This document shows positions 25,001-36,750 of a stretch of 64,000 bases of DNA, in pieces. Source of the DNA: Cetorhinus maximus (taxonomy: Eukaryota); NCBI RefSeq assembly GCF_964194155.1, contig NC_135905.1, forward strand, positions 10,850,001 to 10,914,000. The letters are read 5' to 3'. Every line of letters begins with the position of its first letter. Position 1 is the stretch's first letter. The notes below the pieces were generated by a model. That model was given only the letters and a program-made list of their open reading frames with translations. It searched no databases and was not told the origin of the DNA. The position numbers and the translations under genes were made by a program.

Positions 25001-28000
25001 AGAGTTCGGAGCCGTTTCTGTCAAGAACTGTACAAAAATATTTCTTGCTCGATAGCATTTTCATAGCCCAACATCAAAATGGTTGCAGTCATGTCTCAAT
25101 TTTTAAGCTCACTTAAGCAAACTGAGAATTCCACTCGCTGGGGTCTGTTTGTACAATAATCGCAGCGGTTATATTGAAATTACTTAACTCTGATATTTCC
25201 CTTTCTTTTGTAAAGTAAGATCTAGAAATCAAGCAGTGTTCCTCAAATAAGAGACACTTTTCGAATGTGATTAACGCACTGGGTAGCGTTGCATCTTGTT
25301 CGACAAACCTTTTTTTTCCCACTAATCTCCAGAATCGAAAAGATATCTGTGTGACAAATGCCCGCGTTATTGTTGCACGATTCGCGTTAAGTGAATTCAA
25401 TTAGGCTTTTTTTTTAAACCTGGTAGTATTCTTTATAAATAATGCATTACCTCCGATGTTCTGTACATATTAATAAACAAGGCGGTAACACAATGATGTT
25501 GACATTTGAATCAACGCATCACCATCGTTCGTCACTGTTTTATTGCCTGAGCAGAAGATTCCAAAATTGCTCATTTCTTTATAATGTACAGCATGGAATT
25601 GAGTTCCACTTTGCCTAATCTAAGCACTTAATTATACCAACGACCGTAAATTCTAATGATTTAAACTGACAATTCATTTCAGCGTAACTTCAGTTTTTAG
25701 CCAGTATTAAAGATCCGTGGTGCCGATTCTTAAATGATTGATAGATTTAATGTTAAGAAATCCGTCGCGTAAGAAAGCATAAAACAGAATCTTTACGTTT
25801 AGAATGTATTCTGCTCAGCGGAGAAGTTTGTAGGATGTGGATATGTGGATTATCTCTATATAATTTAAATTGATTTCTAATTTGACCTTATAATAGGCTT
25901 TACACAACAAAACCTAACTCTACGGCTTCAGGTACCGCGCCCTCTATTTATTTATCCCATCATCTGTGTTAAAAAAAATTATTAAATCGTTAACCATGAA
26001 TGGTAAACGCCTCCACCAATTTAAGGGTTTTATAAACTTTCACTTCATTCAAACTAAGGCACGGATTTGTCATAAATGCATAATATCTTACTTCTGATTT
26101 TAGATCAGATACATTACACCTCCTAAAATAGATATTGCCATATCTATGTATTTAAAACGAGAACTTTTCTTGTTTAAGCCATTTAAGCTGTTATATATAT
26201 ATATATAGAAAGTATTGTGTAGAAAGCTATTAAATGTTGCTTTAAATGAACAGCAATTGTCCGTTCCCATGCGTTCATTATTAGAATTGCTCCATATAGC
26301 CCACCAATGAAAGTGCCAATTGAGGGTGCATGCAAGCGGAAGAGCCCTGGGATTGCTTGTCACGCTTCACTGAGCAGATGATGTTCCAAAGGAAAGTGTC
26401 TTTTACAGCGGGACAAACTGCCATTTCCACCCAGCGCTCGCCAGCGTCACTCTCAGTTTCACGATCAATAGAAATCGCTGCGCCCAGAGAATCTTGTACC
26501 TGAAGGGGAAAGTGAAGAGATCGATTCTCGGAAGCCCATCGGCTGACACTGGTAAGTGAAAGCTTCATTTGTGACTGTGTCGAGAATGCGTGATGTGTAT
26601 GGACGTTTTATACGCGGCGGGGTTGCCGATATCTTGACATAAACCTCTTTTTTGGGGGGGCTAAATATCAGTCACGTTTACAATATACGTGCTAGATTCT
26701 GATATGGTCCCAAATTATTTTTAATGATAATAGAAATGTATATATATAATATATATTTTATATATATATATTATATATATATAAATCAAGATGCTACTGT
26801 TAGTAACCCTTCAGACGCAAGCTTGTTTATTTAATCTAATGCATTTCAAAATCAAGAACTGATATGATAAAAACATTTTTTTTGGTATAAAGAGGTAATG
26901 TACGATGTAATTAAATATTCAGCCATGGTTAAGAACTGCATGTAGCTTGAATGTAATTTTGTAAGACAGCAACTGCTAAGCCTGGATTTTTATTTTCAAT
27001 TTGACATGACTTTAAGAAACCCGAACACTAACTGATGGCGATCCTCGATAACGCACATAAAATGGTGCGTTTAAACATGATATTAACACTGCTGGTCGAA
27101 AATAAAGGCCGGAACGAAACAGGCAGGCAGATGGACTGACAATGGGGGATCAGCCTCAGTGAGCTGATACGCATCAAGTGAACAGTCCCTTGACTTTCCT
27201 CTCATACACAATGGGAGAGAGAGAGCGAGAGAGAGAGAGAGAGGTATTCACCCACATCGCATCTACTTTTCTGAGCGTTTAGACCAGTCGGTTTGCCAAT
27301 TTCCATCAGATCACTGTGAATGGGCAGCTAACGGCGGAGCACGATGTAGCTTAAATGTTCAAACTGGGCAATACTGCAAATTAAGCCGCAAGTTCTACTT
27401 TGCCACAGTTGTCTTTTCAAGCAGCGGCTGTTCACTGGGAAGTATTTATATTTAGGTTGCTCCCGACCGTCTGAAGCATTCGCTGCCTTGCACTGAAGAT
27501 AATTATGTTGATCTTGGCGTCTTTATGTCAAATTGATTTTGCATGCGTGTCACTTCGGCATTGTGAAATAGAAGACAGATTTGAATTGGCTGGAAGGGAA
27601 GGAGGGCAATGAATGAACAGTAAAATACGGTACCATGCTTCCAAGTGTCACTGGACTCAAAGTGAGAGCCGGAGAAGTTATTTCACATTGAGGTGCGAAA
27701 CGGGTTGAATAGACCTGCTTTGAGCTCCAGGGAGTCAGAAATAGAAAAACGTTAATGGCACAATCAGTAGGCATCTAACCGAACCTAAGACCAAGAGGTC
27801 ACTATGTGAAGAAAGTGTCAACAGAATTATCGGCAAGGTTAAAATAGCCTTTGTGTTTTATTAATATAAATATAGATATCCTTACTAATCTATGTCACCA
27901 CCCGTGTCACTAGTGAATGCCCACGGACATATTCATTCAACACGAGCTCCCAGATCATTAGGTTTCCGCATCAATTAATTTGGGTACGAGCTCTCTCCAA

Positions 28001-29114
28001 TGCTGGTGATAAAATATTTGGAAAGTGCTTCAGATAACAAGAGGTCGGTCAGGATTGTCACACATTATCAACATCGCTTCGACTGATGAGCACAATATCA
28101 TCCATTTCAAGGAAGATTAGATAAAACCGTATCCGCTACAATTACAGTAACACGAATGCAAAATGGTTGGTAACTTTGCTACGCCGGCACTGTGCTGGCT
28201 GGCGGGCTGGCAATGTTATTCTTTGGGAGCTCAACGTGCCTCTCAATCAGCCCATGTTGCGAAAAAATCATTTTGCAGATTTGCAAGGTGCTTACCCTTC
28301 AAGCAGTTGTACAATCGACGTACTTAATTTGTAGTGCAATTAATATTCATCAGACCCAAATACTTCATTAAAATAGACAATTGCATCTCACATTGATAAG
28401 CCTCGTTTATGGTTCACCTGAATGCTTTTAAAACTGACGAATTGGCGAGATTGTTCAAGCATTCATGTCATTTACAATGTTTAGCTCCATTATGAATGTA
28501 TATGGGTTGATTTTATGTCCCCCCACCCCCACCCCGCGCCATAAATACATTAAAAAGTTGCATGAAAATGTTATAACATTTTATGCTTGCTGTTCTGTCT
28601 GTCCATAACGTGAACGCCACTTTATTTCCTAATATTGTTTTGCCCCAAAAATGCACGAATTTTTAACGTTCTGGGATAATGTTGACTGCAAGTTGTAAAG
28701 TGTGAGGACAAGACAGGAACAGTACCGATGCAACACACGTTATTTATACCAAACGCACTTCCAATAGTTCCAGATTTCATCCTTCACAGCTCCATTGCAT
28801 CTGGCTCAACTATAAACTAGACACGTGCTGCACGTTGGCATATGGCAAGAGTTCCGTCCTGAACTGTTTTGGAACATTCGGCATTAAAAAAAGGTTACAT
28901 TTGCAATGTTTCAGATATTCGTTGTGATAAAATTGTTTATACCAGAACAAGGTGGAGCTGTCTCTATTCATGTATTATGAATATGGCCCATCTTCCAGCC
29001 ACACAGGACATCTTAAGCGGCTTTAAGACCGTATAATGTGCTGCTTTGATGGACTTGCACCGAAAACAAAACCCCCGAGTAATTCAATTGTCCCATCTTG
29101 TCTGTCGCAGGTGC

Positions 29115-29333
29115 ATGATGGAACTTACCCCCTTCTCTAAGGGACTATGGGCAGGTGACAACAAATTTCTACATCATCACTTCACTGACATTTTAACCAG
29201 TGTGCACATTACCCGGGAGATCCCTGAGGACGCAATCTTCGGTCCCTGCATCCTCCAGAACACCTTTTATGACACAATAGCTTTCATTGCTTTGAAGTCT
29301 TCCGACCGGAGAAGTGTCCCCTACGTGTTCAGG
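29115..29333 (+). CDS. ZNF488: PR/SET-domain zinc-finger protein, PRDM8 paralog (ZNF488 by synteny), coding exon 1
   Basis: MMELTPFSKGLWAGDNKFLHHHFTDILTSVHITREIPEDAIFGPCILQNTFYDTIAFIALKSSDRRSVPYVFR closely resembles the PRDM8 PR-domain N-terminal half. Donor AGG|gtaagg. Acceptor tgtcgcag at 29110 just before the ATG implies an upstream UTR exon. Confidence 0.88.
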
Positions 29334-29868
29334 GTAAGGAACCTCAAATAATCCAGGAAGAGGCCCTGGCCTTCGAAGTTTCACATTGGGAATGACACGG
29401 TCAGTGACATGTGGGGAAATATCACATCAAACCCTCCCTGGATAAATTCACAGCTTCTCTAAAGTTAAGCTCAAGACGCAGGTTTTTATTTCAGGGGCGA
29501 AGATGTCGGGTAAGGACAAAATCGACAGAACTATTTTTTGTAAGAAACTTAGGAAATAGGAGAAGGAATAGGCCATTCGGCCCCTCGAGCCTGCTCCGCC
29601 ATTCAGATGATCATGGTCGATTATCTGCCTCTACGCCAGTTTTCCCCCACTCTCCCCATATGCCTTGATGGATAATCCCTATTAAATTGGGGGTGGGGGT
29701 TCCACCGCAGAATTGGTACGCCACAAGTGATTGAAATGCGTTTTGCACTAAATCTCCACTTTATTAAAGCTGGCTAATGGCGTTTGATTCTATAGTCAAA
29801 TCCATCCAGTGTTTACGGAATTCGAGTAAGTCATTCAAGTACTCACCTCGAAGTTTGCTTCCATTTAG

Positions 29869-30100
29869 GTCGACGCAACTGCCATGAATAGCTCTACGGA
29901 TGGAGTGTCCTGGTTGAGACTTGTGCAGGCGGCGAATAACCCGAAGGAACAAAATTTGGAGGCCTATTTGAAGAGTGGGCAGTTGTACTACCGCTCCACG
30001 CGGAGGATCAGCAAAGACGAGGAGCTGTTCGTGTGGTACGACAAGGAGTTGTCCACACTCCTGGGCTTCACTGATATCAAAACCCGAGCTGGCTCTAATG
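29869..30100 (+). CDS. ZNF488: PRDM8-like/ZNF488 coding exon 2 (PR domain C-terminal half)
   Basis: VDATAMNSSTDGVSWLRLVQAANNPKEQNLEAYLKSGQLYYRSTRRISKDEELFVWYDKELSTLLG...; PR motifs WLRLVQ, EQNL and EELxVWY; acceptor catttag, donor G|gtgagt (phase 1). Confidence 0.9.
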
Positions 30101-31479
30101 GTGAGTAATTGAGGCCACCCCAGGGCCACAGTTCGGGGAAAGCGAAACTGAAAGAAATATAATAATGAGCAACAGATTTACCCCTCAAATAAGATGTACT
30201 TAAAATTTGTTCAGAGATTTGTAAAAAAAAAGATTGTAAATTGTAAATAAGCCTGGTTGGTGGGTTTATGCCATAGGATAAGATGGACAAGGCGAGTAAA
30301 ACGACATACAGGTCAGTCATAGGCCAAAATAAATGGATATCTCCGTTCAGATGAAGATGTATCAAACATTTGCTTTTAAAAACTAAAATCAAACAACGTT
30401 TGCACAAGGTGCCCTTGAGGCGCCTCGCTTTTGAAAGGCTAATAGAGATAGATCGATGTGTTCGGAAGAACATACCGAGAAAGGGGATTAAGACTCCTAA
30501 ACTCACAAACGCACACCAAGCTGCTTCTGATCCACACATTCCGACAGTCTTGGATCAGGTCTCCATGTTGGTGCAAAATAAGAGCCTCGGAATTTGGCAT
30601 TAATTGTCATTGATTGGCCAGTGGAAGCCCAGGGGAGAATGAAAATGCCACACTTAACAACATTAGGTGGTCCTGGGGCTGATGGGCAGCATTCGGAAAT
30701 TTAAGGCTCGCTCCGCTCCACAAGCAGAGCCTACCTCCCTGATGTCACTTTGAATAGGTTCAACACATCGCAGTCCCGAGCACTGTCATCCTCAAGAGCA
30801 CGAGAAACAAGCGCTTTCGCCTATTTCAGTTTTATTCGACCAACCCTTAATAATCCAGTCTCCCAGGTTCCAATCACTGTCAACACATAAATGAAATAGC
30901 CAAAAATGTAATATGAACCATGTGAAGTATGTACGCTCAGCATTTCAAAATGTTTTCAAACCAGTTCGCTGTTAGCTTCAGGATAGTACCTTTTGTTGAC
31001 GCTATGCTTCATTTGTGAAGCGGGATAAAGATTAACATTATTGCATATTGAGACAGAAACATATGATCATCCCAGACCACATTTTTAAAAAGATTCTGTT
31101 GAATTCTATTACTCTTGTAATCCAAATCGTACAGGAAAAGGCGACGCTGAGCAACTCGATGTCTATGCAAAGTGGCACCATTATTCACGCCACCCATGGC
31201 ATTACGTGTACAATGTCTGCCTGTGTCCGCCTGAACTCCATAGGCCATTCAGTTTAGGGTTAGAAAGTGCTTATACTTTTTAATTAGTGGTGCCGAGCGA
31301 TGTTACTTTAACCGTCTTTAGAATTAGATAAGCCAAAAATAAAAGGGTAAACAGGCTTGTGCTCGTATCACATGAGCCTCTCGCTTAAATATATCAGCTT
31401 TGCACAAGCGGTAGGACAGAGAACCAAAGCACATTGATTCTAGGCGATTGGCAATAAAGAGCCAATGGCGACACGAGGG

Positions 31480-31710
31480 GAAAACTTTTTTTTTGTCATT
31501 CGCAGCGAGTGGCGAGGATGTGGAATGCACAGGCCCGAGAGTGTGGTGGAGGCAGGTTCAATATGGGCTCTCAAAAGCCCCTGGAAGAGATTAAAATATG
31601 CAGGGCTACGGAAAGGGAGGGGGAGGGGGGACTGGCTGAGTTGCTCTCGTAGAGAGCAGGACCTGACAGGCCGAATGGCCTCCTTCTGTGCTGCAACCAA
31701 TTCTATGATT
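31480..31710 (+). mobile_element. CR1 LINE 3' end fragment in PRDM8-like intron 2
   Basis: cgcagcgagtgg...ggaatgcac...ggccgaatggcctccttctgtgctg...ttctatgattct. Confidence 0.7.
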
Positions 31711-31879
31711 CTAAGTTCAGTGCATTGTGACCACCTCTGTTTTGATATTATTCCCTGCTGTGCTTTATATAATAATGGCACGCTCAAAACGCCCCCTAGT
31801 TCATTGTGGTGTGTTTGGCGACACCGAATTTGCCGATCTTCTCAGCCCCTGGACGGAAGCTTCAAGTCCATTCCGGAAC

Positions 31880-32480
31880 CATGAGCATATAATCGAGGCT
31901 GACACTCTGTGGAATACCGAGGAAGTGCTGCACAGTCGGAGGGTCTGTTTTACGGATGGGACATTAAACTTAGGTTCCCCTATTGACCCCATGAAAATAT
32001 TTGGAAGACGAGTAGAGGAATCCTCCCTCGTGCCTCGAACAATGTTAATGCATTAATTAATGTCACTAAAAACAAATTATCTGTTCATTTTCTTACTTCT
32101 CATGTTTGTCCTCTCACTTATCCCCTCATTTTATTTTAATCTCATTTTATTTCCTCGTTTATTTTCTCATTTTCTTCCGTCGCAAATTGGCAGTTGGGAC
32201 TCCTACAATGAGTGTGACTATGCTTTACAACAGTGACAACATTTCGAAAGTACTTAGCAGGTCTGGCAGCAACTGTGGAAAGAGAAACAGGGTTAACGTT
32301 TCGAGTCTGTATGACCCTCCTTCTTCCGAAACGTTAACTCTTGTTTCTCTCTCCACAGACGCTGCCAGACCTGCTGAGTTTTTCCAGCATTTTGTTTCAG
32401 ATTTCCAGCATCCGCAGTATTTTGCTTTTATTTCAAAAGTACTTCATGGGCTGTAAAGCGCTTTGAGGGCATGGCAGGCA
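31880..32480 (+). mobile_element. Degenerate DeuSINE copy in PRDM8-like intron 2
   Basis: gtgctgcacagtcggaggg...ggatgggacattaaac...caaattggc...aaagtacttcatgggctgtaaagcgcttt. Confidence 0.6.
32241..32444. mobile_element. Penelope-type fold-back element inserted in a DeuSINE copy
   Basis: Inverted arms around cgaaacgttaac; TSD atttcgaaagtactt / atttcaaaagtactt. Confidence 0.75.
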
Positions 32481-32603
32481 GGATACACATTATTCCTCTT
32501 ATCTACTTTGTGAAGGAAATATGGATGCGATGAGATGCATTGCAGCGGTACATGGTTAACTGCATTTTATTTATATCTCTCTCTCTCTCTCTCGCTGTGT
32601 TAG

Positions 32604-33787
32604 CCTTCAGGTGCGTGGACTGTGACCAGGAACTGAAATATGAGAATCCGTACCTGGCCCACGTTCGATTCCTGTGCGGTAAGAGGAAAGACTATCTCGC
32701 CTGGAGAGACTTTCAGGCCCCCGGGCTTGGTCACAACGCTCTGTTTAAAGAGCCGTACAAGATCACCGAGGTCAAGGACAAGGAGAGGGTGACCAACTTT
32801 CACAGGATCGCCCATGACCTGGAGCACTCCAAGAAGAAGCCTGGCGGGCAGGACGAGGGGCGATCCTTGACGGAGCGGAGCTCCAGCAAGAGGAAGCAGG
32901 ATGGAGGGGAGGAGGACAAAATCAGGAAAACAGTTTTGCTGGAAAAAACAAACAATTTGGTCTTCGAGCAGGGCGGCATTTCCAAAGAAGACACCAGCGT
33001 CTGCCCGGCCCTTGCAGTTTCCGTTTGGAAACTCAACTCGGACAAGTTCCTGCTGAAGAAGGACTCGGCGCCACACAACACGAGTGCGTTTACCGAGGTT
33101 CGGCGCCTGCGAGAAAAGGGTAAAGCTGAGAAAACGGAGGGCGGAGGCAAAGAGGGCGCCCCTGACCTGGCCAGGAAGGTGGGTCTGACAACAGGCGTGG
33201 TTCTCAGCTCCACCGGCAGCGCCTTCTCTTCCGTGCTGCCTTCGAGTGCCAGGGAAGAACAGAAAAGCGCGTTCTGCCAGCCGAACAGACGGACAGTCGA
33301 GGGGGGGTCTTCCATGCTCCTGGCCCACGCCCTCCACGCCCACGCCGACTGCGCTCGGGATTTACCTGAGTCCATCGCTTCCAGTCAGCTCCACGCCAAC
33401 CTGCTGGGGTCCAAATTCATCAGCGCCGACCTCAGCAATTCCCACATACTGCACACGAGCGTCACCGCCAACAGCCCGTTTTTGTACAGCACCGACATGT
33501 GGCCCAAGCCCGTGGGAGTCCAGCTGCAGTCCACCTCCTCACTGACTCTGCTGCCCCCGTCCTACACCTCGTTTGCTGTCTCGGCTCAGAATTGGTGCGC
33601 GAAATGCAACGCGTCCTTTCGAATGACTTCTGACCTGGTCTTTCACATGAGGTCGCATCACAAAAAGGAATACGCAGCCGACTACCTGAGCCAGCGAAGG
33701 AGGGAGGAAAAATTGACATGTCCAATCTGTAATGAATTCTTTAGGGAGCGCCATCATCTGTCGCGGCACATGACATCTCACAATTGA
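32604..33787 (+). CDS. ZNF488: PRDM8-like/ZNF488 coding exon 3 (atypical C2HC-type knuckle and two C-terminal C2H2 fingers)
   Basis: Acceptor (ct)n...gtgttag| is phase 1 and in frame with ORF 32540..33787. FRCVDC...YLAHVRFLC at the start; QNWCAKCNASFRMTSDLVFHMRSHHK and LTCPICNEFFRERHHLSRHMTSHN* are PRDM8/ZNF488 signature fingers. Joined CDS is 1635 nt (544 aa). Confidence 0.92.
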
Positions 33788-34170
33788 GATCTGGATTAAA
33801 ATTGAAAGAAGGGAACTTTGACCCGAGGTGCGCTGGAGGTCAGATTCCGAGCGGGAATAGCATCCTTGCAGAGACAGATGAGAGTGAACTAGTCTTACTG
33901 GCCCAGAACAGTTTTAAGGCTGGCAGTCGAGCCAATGGCAGCCTGAGCATCTTAAATGTCAAAAATTACCTTGCAAACCTCCCCCCCTCCACCCCCCCCC
34001 CCCCCCCACCCCGATTTATTCAGAATGGGAATAGAAACCGGGGATACAAAAAAACTGTTAGTGTAATCAAAGTTGCATTTTCAGAAGAATCAGTTTGAAT
34101 TGCCCATCGATAAACGCACTTAAGTACAAACGTCGCGTGGAACAACCACTTAAACACAGTTATGTACAGT

Positions 34171-34176
34171 AATAAA
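34171..34176 (+). terminator. Candidate polyadenylation signal of the PRDM8-like/ZNF488 gene
   Basis: AATAAA about 385 nt after the stop codon, followed by a U/GU-rich tract (cctgttttg). Confidence 0.45.
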
Positions 34177-35468
34177 TTCCTGTTTTGAAATCCTGTTAAC
34201 TTAGTTCCGAGCATAGAATCTGCAGCTGATAAAGCGATCTTCAATTTTAATTTGTTTTACGTTTGGGTAATTACTTTTTGAGAATACACTGTATATATCT
34301 GCAATTTACTTGTTACAACATGTCTTCATTCTTGTATTTTAGCTCCCCTTAATGAATTGCACAGTTTGACATTAGGCGAGCACGATATGGAGACTGTACA
34401 AAATCAATTTCCACGACAGCTTTCTAAATTATTAAGTGTGTTGCCGATCATCTGTCGAACAGAGCCACATGATTGCTTTCAAATTGTCATATAAACACAT
34501 GACTGATCACTCTGGAAAACTGGTCTAATTCATGCAGCGCTCTAATCCACTCTGATAGGGCTGTGCGAAGATTTGGGGTAGTTCAGCCCATGTTCTTTAA
34601 CGTACCTGCCAAGTGTAAGAAGCCGCTGGTGCTGTCGAATAGTGGTTGAATAGAGACCAAAGCACGAACAATAATGAACGGTAGACAAGTCCAGAAAAAA
34701 GAAACGTACCCCATACATTCCATTGAATGCAAAACGATTTCTGTCAATCAGCCAAAGTGAAGGAGGACTATTTTACTGAGTGGCTGATGGATGTGGAGGC
34801 TTTGCAGGCTTTGTTTCCCCAAGATCCTGGTCATTCAGGGTCAGTGTTACAGGTATTTGGATATCAGGCGATTTGAGTTATTGAGATAAGAAGCGAAAGC
34901 CTGACAATGCCCTCTTAACATTAGCTGTTGCTTTACATTCCGGGAGTTGATTTAACATTTTGCCGTAGCACGGTGTGAGTGTTAACACATTCGTCAATGG
35001 AGTTGAACCCAGTCACAGCACTAGCCCGGCAACGAATATTTGAAAGGATTATATTTTCCCAGGAGTGTTACAATTATTTCCAGGTTTTAGGGGCTCCGCT
35101 TTTGATCAGCCGTTTAAATTGGTCACAGCCAAACAAGGTATCCCGGGTCCGGTTAGCAATCTGAATCGAAATTCAAGCGATGATTATTGAGAGATTTATC
35201 AAGTCCCGATTGCAGAGTGATCCAATTTGTCTGCTCCCAGGCCATCATGCAGAGGAACCGTAGCCCCCCCTTTTCAGTCCGGTACTGAAATGCATGGCTA
35301 GGCGGATACCGTGTAAATATTCATCCATCAATCACTGCTGATCAAGAATCGTGACTGGCGCCGGAGAATAAGCAGCTTTAGCTTTGAGATGTACCAATCA
35401 ACCCGTTTGGAGAAAATTACTTTGATTGTGCCATCCAATCATAAAATATTCCCAATAGATAACCGCTG

Positions 35469-35641
35469 TAACTTGCAATTATGCAACATAAAGCTCTGAA
35501 GGAGGGTCATACAGACTCGAAACGTTAACTCTGTTTCTCTCTCCACAGGTGTTGCAGGTCTGTTGAGTATTTCCAGCATTTCCTGTTTTAATTTCATATC
35601 TCCAGCATCCTCAGTATTTCGCTTTTATATTAACTTACAAT
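35469..35641 (+). mobile_element. Penelope-type short element
   Basis: ctgaaggagggtcatacagactcgaaacgttaactctgtttctctctccacag...gcttttat; TSD-like taacttgcaat / taacttacaat. Confidence 0.7.
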
Positions 35642-36290
35642 GTTATGGTGCCCTGCACATCCTAAGGGGCTTTGCTGCCAATTAAGTGATTTTGAAGTGT
35701 TGTCCTGACTGTAGGAAAGTTACCGCGCGGCACATCAACTCGTGAGGACGGAGCAGGATCAAGGCAGTGTGGCGAATCGTGTGCGCGCTGGTTTCTGAAG
35801 AAGGATCTGTATTTCAGGTGCGAATATATAAGGCATCGCCGACAAACCATTTGAGAAACTTAGCTCTGCCTCCAATAAATCCTTGGAGTTTCTCTCTGGA
35901 ATTGTGAAAATCTCCCGAAGTCATCCAAAGGAGGCCATTCATTCTATTGTGGTTACGGTTTACACATATAAAAGGCAAAAAAAAAAGCAACAATAATAAT
36001 TTACATTCATGTAGCGCCTCTAAAGTAATAAAAGCACGCCCCAAAGAGCATCAGAAGACATGACACCGAGCCACATAGAGAGATATTGGGCTGTATTTTA
36101 CCAGTCCGCAGGCGGTGGTGCGGTTATGGTAAAAAAGCGGGTAACAGCACCAGGGCAGCTCTTGGCTGCTGTCCCGCTACCTGAGCAGTTTTCCAGAGAC
36201 GGTCTGCGAGGCGGATCACTTGCCCGCTCTATTAAGACCCCTGCGCTGCCCGGGGAGGCCGCCGTCGTCATGGGGATGGCCTGCTGAAGG

Positions 36291-36750
36291 CAGAAAGACT
36301 TGCACTTCTATAGCACCTTTCATGGCCTCACAGGACGTCCCAAAACGCTGTACAGCCAATGAAGTACTTGTGAAGCGTAGTCACTTCAAAATGTAGCTGT
36401 AATGTGAGGCAGCCGTCAGTCAATTTGGACACAGCGAACTCTGGCAAACAGCAATTTAATGAAGACTGTTTTTGTGATGTGATTTGGGTATAAATATTGG
36501 CCAGAACACCAGTTAACTCCCCAACTCTTCTCCCAAGCACTGCCATGGGATTTCTGTTTTTTTTTTTACCTCCATTTGTGTAGGCAGACGGGCCTTGGTT
36601 TAATGTCTCACCCAAAAATGGTACCTCCAACAGTGCAACACTCCCTCAGTACTGCACTGGATTGTGAGCCTAGCTTTTTTTGCAGTCAAATCTTTGGATT
36701 GGGAGTTGAGCCTGCAACATTCTGACTCAGAGGCCGGAGTGCTACCAACT
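36291..36750 (-). mobile_element. DeuSINE (SacSINE1/AmnSINE1-like) tRNA-derived SINE
   Basis: Reverse complement contains the Deu-domain-like gtgttgcactgttggaggtacc...gagacattaaaccaaggcccgtctgcc...cccatggca...ctggccaatattta and tail gtgctatagaagtgcaagtctttct; recognised from memory. Confidence 0.7.

Noticed and set aside
32540-32603. N-terminus of the 415-aa ORF as a stand-alone single-exon gene
   Set aside because: This part is the intronic (CT)n polypyrimidine tract. The phase-compatible acceptor is at 32603/32604; the alternative AG at 32610 is out of phase.
32600-33781. Minus-strand ORFs (247, 191, 87 and 80 aa) overlapping the ZNF488 exon
   Set aside because: Antisense shadows of a GC-rich coding exon.
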